Positions 59,329 through 64,000 of a stretch of DNA of 64,000 bases are shown in pieces. The stretch's first letter is position 1; every line of letters begins with the position of its first letter. A program made the translations under genes and the position numbers. The DNA comes from the human T2T-CHM13v2.0 reference genome, Homo sapiens: NCBI RefSeq assembly GCF_009914755.1, contig NC_060930.1. One strand, written 5' to 3'. The notes under the pieces are model-generated. The model had not been told where the DNA came from and ran no database searches. It was given only the letters and a program-made list of their open reading frames with translations.

Positions 59329-59481
59329 CATACTGAATTTTAATTATGAGATATTTACCAACATTCTTTTGTGCTAAGATTATCAATATCATACTGCTGT
59401 TAAAAATCTTTTTTGTATTTAATTTGTAAACATTTCCTAAAAATGTGTAAGTAGTTTAAATGATATATACTCTTCTCATTA

Positions 59482-59740
59482 CAGTTGGCCTTGAACAACT
59501 CAGGGGTTAGGGGCACTGGCCTTCTCTTGTCTCCTAGCAGCAGTTAAAAATCTGCCATGTAACTTTTTACTCCCCCAAAACTTAATTACTAATAACCTAC
59601 TGTCGATCAGATGTCTTCTGATCACACTGTAGATGACACATATTTTGTATGTTACATGTTTTGTATACTATAGTCATACAACAAAGTAAGTTAGACAAAG
59701 GAGTTATTAAAACGTTATACAGAAAAAATATATATTTAAA
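59482..59740 (+). mobile_element. Tigger2/MER28-type fragment
   Basis: TA-cagttggccttgaacaactcaggggttaggggc...ctcccccaaaacttaattactaata. Confidence 0.82.
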
Positions 59741-61571
59741 TTATCACAATAAAGTCATATATTTTCATGTGAATAATTTTTTTTGGGCGGAAGTATCCCA
59801 GAGTGTATTTTCTATTGGAATTATTAATTTACATTTTATTATTCAAGTCTTCTTGGTTTGTAAGATTTTGTTTTTTTGAAAAAGTTTAATCAAAAACAGG
59901 GTTTCAATAGGAAGTTGGCAATACCAGCTAGATAATGACAGCTCCCAAAAGAGAGCATTTTGTGTATCAAGCAGATCAACATAGATTAATTATATTCTGA
60001 AAACTGAGATAAATAAAACAGATTAATAAAAGTGAATGCAACATTTTGAAAATCAGAAATTTTATTTTAATGAGTTAGAAGCTTTCATTAACAAAATGTA
60101 CATTGAATTATTATTTTGAACAATACTGTGCAGAGAATGGAAAAATAGTAAAACTCATTGTTGGTCTACAGATGTTGTATATCATTTTTTAACTGTACAC
60201 AAAAATTGATGATGCTTCATTGTCTGTAAACCAGCTGTAATATTTTATTAATACATCTGTCAATTCTTTGTAGAAAAAATAGTGAAATCAAAATGTATTT
60301 AACCTAAATGCAAATTATAGAAATTGAGTTTATTATAGTTATTTAACGAAAAAATAATAAAGTAAAATATATACCTTTTCTCTATTGATAATACCTGAAA
60401 ATTTGATGTAAAAATTTCAGGAACAGCACAAGAAAATATAAATTTTCTGCCTGCAATATATTTCTCCTTTTTCACTGCATCAAATCTTTTCTTGTTCTGA
60501 CCTGAGCATGTTCTTAACTGCCTATACTGCTGTAGAACAAAAAGTGCTGAATCATTCGTTCTAAATTTTTAATATAATTCAGCTAACTGCCAGCTCCTAA
60601 AGGCATGAGATATCTAGCTGAAGTGAAGTAATAATAAAAAAATTTTGTGAATAGAATGGCTCATTAAGGAGACACATTAATTACCTGCTGCTTGAAGAAA
60701 GAGCAGCTAGCTGGTAGATCCCTTCTCCCATCTACTTCTCATTCCAGATCTGGGATGAATCCTCACATTTCCCAGAAGGCATTTGGTGTTGAAGCCTAAG
60801 CCTGGTGGAACTCCTGGTCTTTTCTCTGCTGTCTCTAATGTTCCTTTACCCAGGCTAAGTTCTAGCCTTGATGTTCTCAGCTGCTGGCTCTATCAGCTGA
60901 TACATTTGTTGGTCTTTGGGCTATCCAATGGGCTCCTTGTGACAGCTTCCTAGTAGCAAGTGTCCTTCAGACATTGGGCCACTGCACACCTTGCCTTAAT
61001 TTGCCCTAGCGTTCTGCAATTTCCACACTACTTCCTGATTGGCATCATATTGGGCACAGTGATTCTTTAAGGTAGCTTTAAATTTTCTAATCTATGTTAC
61101 GAGATTACAGAAGCAAACTTCTCTGGTCCAGAATTCTTCTAAACATATTTACCTGTTTCCTGTGTTCCTCTCACTACATCCCAGCTCCAGCTGAGAGTGG
61201 GTAGAAAGAGTATGCATCTGAAATCCTGTCATCCCCTCTCTCTTTCTCCTGAGTCTTTGGGAAACCAATGGACAATACATTTCGTCTGGTGATGTCTTTC
61301 TTCACATTCTTTGTGTCCCTTAATACAGAAGTAAACTTGTTTAAAAGAAGAAATATATTTCAGGGCATATTTTAAAATATGGTCCTTGTTAAAATATAAT
61401 TCTATTTTAAATCTGTTTTACAATTTTGTTGTCCTTTCCCCGTAGAAGGTCCTTTATGAAAAGGCCTTATATTTCTTTTCCATTTCTATTTCCTCAGTAC
61501 CAGCAAAGCTAGGCACACAGTATGTTCTTAGAAACTTCAATAAGTGAATAAAAGAAAATGAAAAAGAAATT

Positions 61572-62068
61572 ATGCAATAGTCTGCAGCCTCTAAAATAGC
61601 TTCCATGGATCCCGGCTTTCCTTGCTTGTGGGCTGGGCCTACTGGCAGGCATCCAAGAAACACTGATAGAATCTCATTTCCAAGACTGGATTACAAAAAG
61701 ACCGAGTTTCTCACCTTCGCTCTCCATCTCTCTGCCCATCTCTTTCTCTCTCTCAACTCTCACTCTGCCATGTCTTGAGTTATCCTATTAAGAAGCATAC
61801 TGGCAAGCATCTGATGTCTCAGTCCAGTGAAGACTTGATGCCTGTCAACAGCCACATAAGTGAGAATGGAGGTATATCCTCCTCCAATCTAACCTTGAGA
61901 TATATGTCTTGGTTGGTACCTTGATTTCTGCCTGTGAGAGACTCATGCAGAGGACACAGCAAAAGTGTATTCTGATTCTGACCCACGGATTGTGGTATAG
62001 TAAACACTTATTGTTTTAAGCCACTAAATTTTGGAGTAATTTTAATATAGCAACAGATAACTAATACA
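61572..62068 (+). mobile_element. MLT1F/H-type MaLR LTR
   Basis: gcagcctctaaaatagcttcc...ttgttttaagccactaaattttggagtaat...agataactaataca. Confidence 0.8.
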
Positions 62069-63846
62069 AATCTGTAGAGCCTTAAGAATGTACAGTTCAA
62101 GAAAAAATTACCTTAGGAATTCTTACCTTCTATATAGACCCCATTGCTAATTGTGTTATATATTTTTCCTGATTGAGATTATAAGGTTTTACTCTAAAGA
62201 AAGTGCTTATTGGTAATGTGATACATTATCCAATCCTTCTATGCAAATAGTATGCTTGTCTAAATGCTTTGCTGGATACCCTTGATGAGCAGTTGCCTTG
62301 TGTGCATGACTGTGATTAAAGGTATTTCAGACATCTTTAGAAAACTGATTAAAAACAGGGAGACTTCTTTGAAAAATATGAGGAACAAATAAACTTTCAA
62401 AGGTACATAGCAAAAAATTTATCAATTGAGTGACTGAAGGCAAAAAGCCCATGCCGTAAAAGGCAGGAAATAACTCTGTGGCATGTACCTTCAGGGTATC
62501 TCAAAGGACCAGCTGAAGCCTAACTCTGCTGCTTGATTTGTCCTCTGAAAGGAGGCCAGGCAATGGCCATTTCAGTCCAAGAATAACTCATGCCACATCA
62601 TGTCAGGAAGCTGTCCTCAGAAACCTGTGTGGTTCTTTTTTAAGAAGTTCTCCATCTCTATTAGTGGGGGTTGTGGGAAGAAAGCAGGAAGCTTACATGT
62701 TTTCTGTATTGGCTAACACATGCCAAATAATGTACTCTGCTTTAAGAACTTCTTTAATTCATCCCCACTGTGGAGAGGAAAATATAAATGATAGTGGATA
62801 CAGAGAAAAGTAACTTACTTGTTTGAGAGTTAGAATTAATCTGGAAAGCATTTATAGTTCAGTTTCCAATAACAGTAGTATAGCCGCTATGAATGTTGGC
62901 TCTTCATCAGTGGACCAGTAAGGGGACCAGATGAATGGTGCTGATTCTCATCTAATCAGACCTTCAAATAAAAATCTCCAAACAAATTTTGAGACATTAT
63001 TAACTCACTTTTGGGCTGGAGAATTAAGATGGGAAATGACTGATAATATCTACATGGTGCATCTAGATCCAATCCAAGTAACTGGGATTCAGAATAGTGG
63101 TCAATATTTTCCCGTTAGGAGGCTGGACTGATGTCAGGAAACTAAGTCCACCTGTATTATCATAGGACATGATTGTAGAGTTAGGAAGAAAGAGTGGCTG
63201 AGAGTGCACAGGCTGCTGGATACTGGCCTTATATGAATCAATTTCGCTATAGTACTCACTTAATAATTTATAACACATTCCTAGGTTTGGTCAAGACCAG
63301 CTCGGACTCTGTTGACAGAGGTCCTACAAATATAGGGCCTGGCAACTGGAAAAAAAACTAGAGGAGGGAGACTTAACACCTGACATTTTTTTATTTTATA
63401 TCTAAAAACTTCAACAACTTTTAAATCCATTTAGACTATCTCCAAAAGTACTTTGAAAATGAGAAATAGGTTGATATTCCCAGAACATCATGACAGCATA
63501 AATAAATATTTATTGACATCACCTTAAGCTTTTTATTGCTCAAGGATAGTACCTAACCAAGCCCATAAATACCTGAGGTACTTTTGAGTTAGCTTAGTAA
63601 GAACTTAAAAAATTAGATAACTAAATCCAACTCAAGAGTCATTTGAAGACTCTTAATACCCGAGTTGAATTTAGATATCACCAAAACTTTGTTTCTTAAT
63701 TTTTTTTTCCTGCATCTTTTTCCACTCTGTCATTGCTCCTTGTGTTTTGAAACTGGATTTGCACAAGTCTCTCATATGGAGTGGTCTCTGCCCAAAGACT
63801 GAAAGTCACTGCCATCCTGTGCAGTGGTAAGCACTAATGGTTGATG

Positions 63847-64000
63847 TTTTAAAAAAAAAAAAGTGTTTAATTACACTTGTTAAAGACAGAAAAGTAGATT
63901 TATTCTAGAGGGGCTATGATGATAGGTATAGGGGCCACTGTAATAGGGTCTTGTGGTAGGGGAAAGATTGTGCTTGACTCCAAATCCAGTAAAGACAAGT
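63847..64000 (-). mobile_element. MER31/MER67-type LTR, cut by the window edge
   Basis: acacttgttaaag...tttattc...gataggtataggggccac is the reverse complement of the 3' end of the LTR at 18300-18404. Confidence 0.7.

Overview
This is AT-rich primate genomic DNA, almost certainly human because it carries an AluYa5. I can support no protein-coding exon, RNA gene or CpG island, and it reads as an intergenic or deep-intronic transposable-element landscape. The main contents are: a TSD-flanked, two-LTR, internally deleted HERV-H provirus (43201-49163, +); two near-complete THE1 MaLR elements in tandem (-); solo ERV1 LTRs (MER31/67-type, MER65, LTR10-type with a p53-like site, MER4A1); a twin-primed L1PA3; an unusual head-to-head L1PA7/8 pair; old L1M remnants; about ten Alu copies and fragments; MIR/L2; Tigger, MER5 and MADE1 DNA elements; and microsatellites. 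Nearly all ORFs in the track are TE remnants or chance ORFs. I did not find a convincing previously undescribed biological system. The most interesting signals are TE-derived regulatory candidates (LTR7, p53, DUX4, SETMAR/miR-548) and rearrangement or nesting signatures. Subfamily names come from my recall of consensus sequences and need RepeatMasker/Dfam confirmation.
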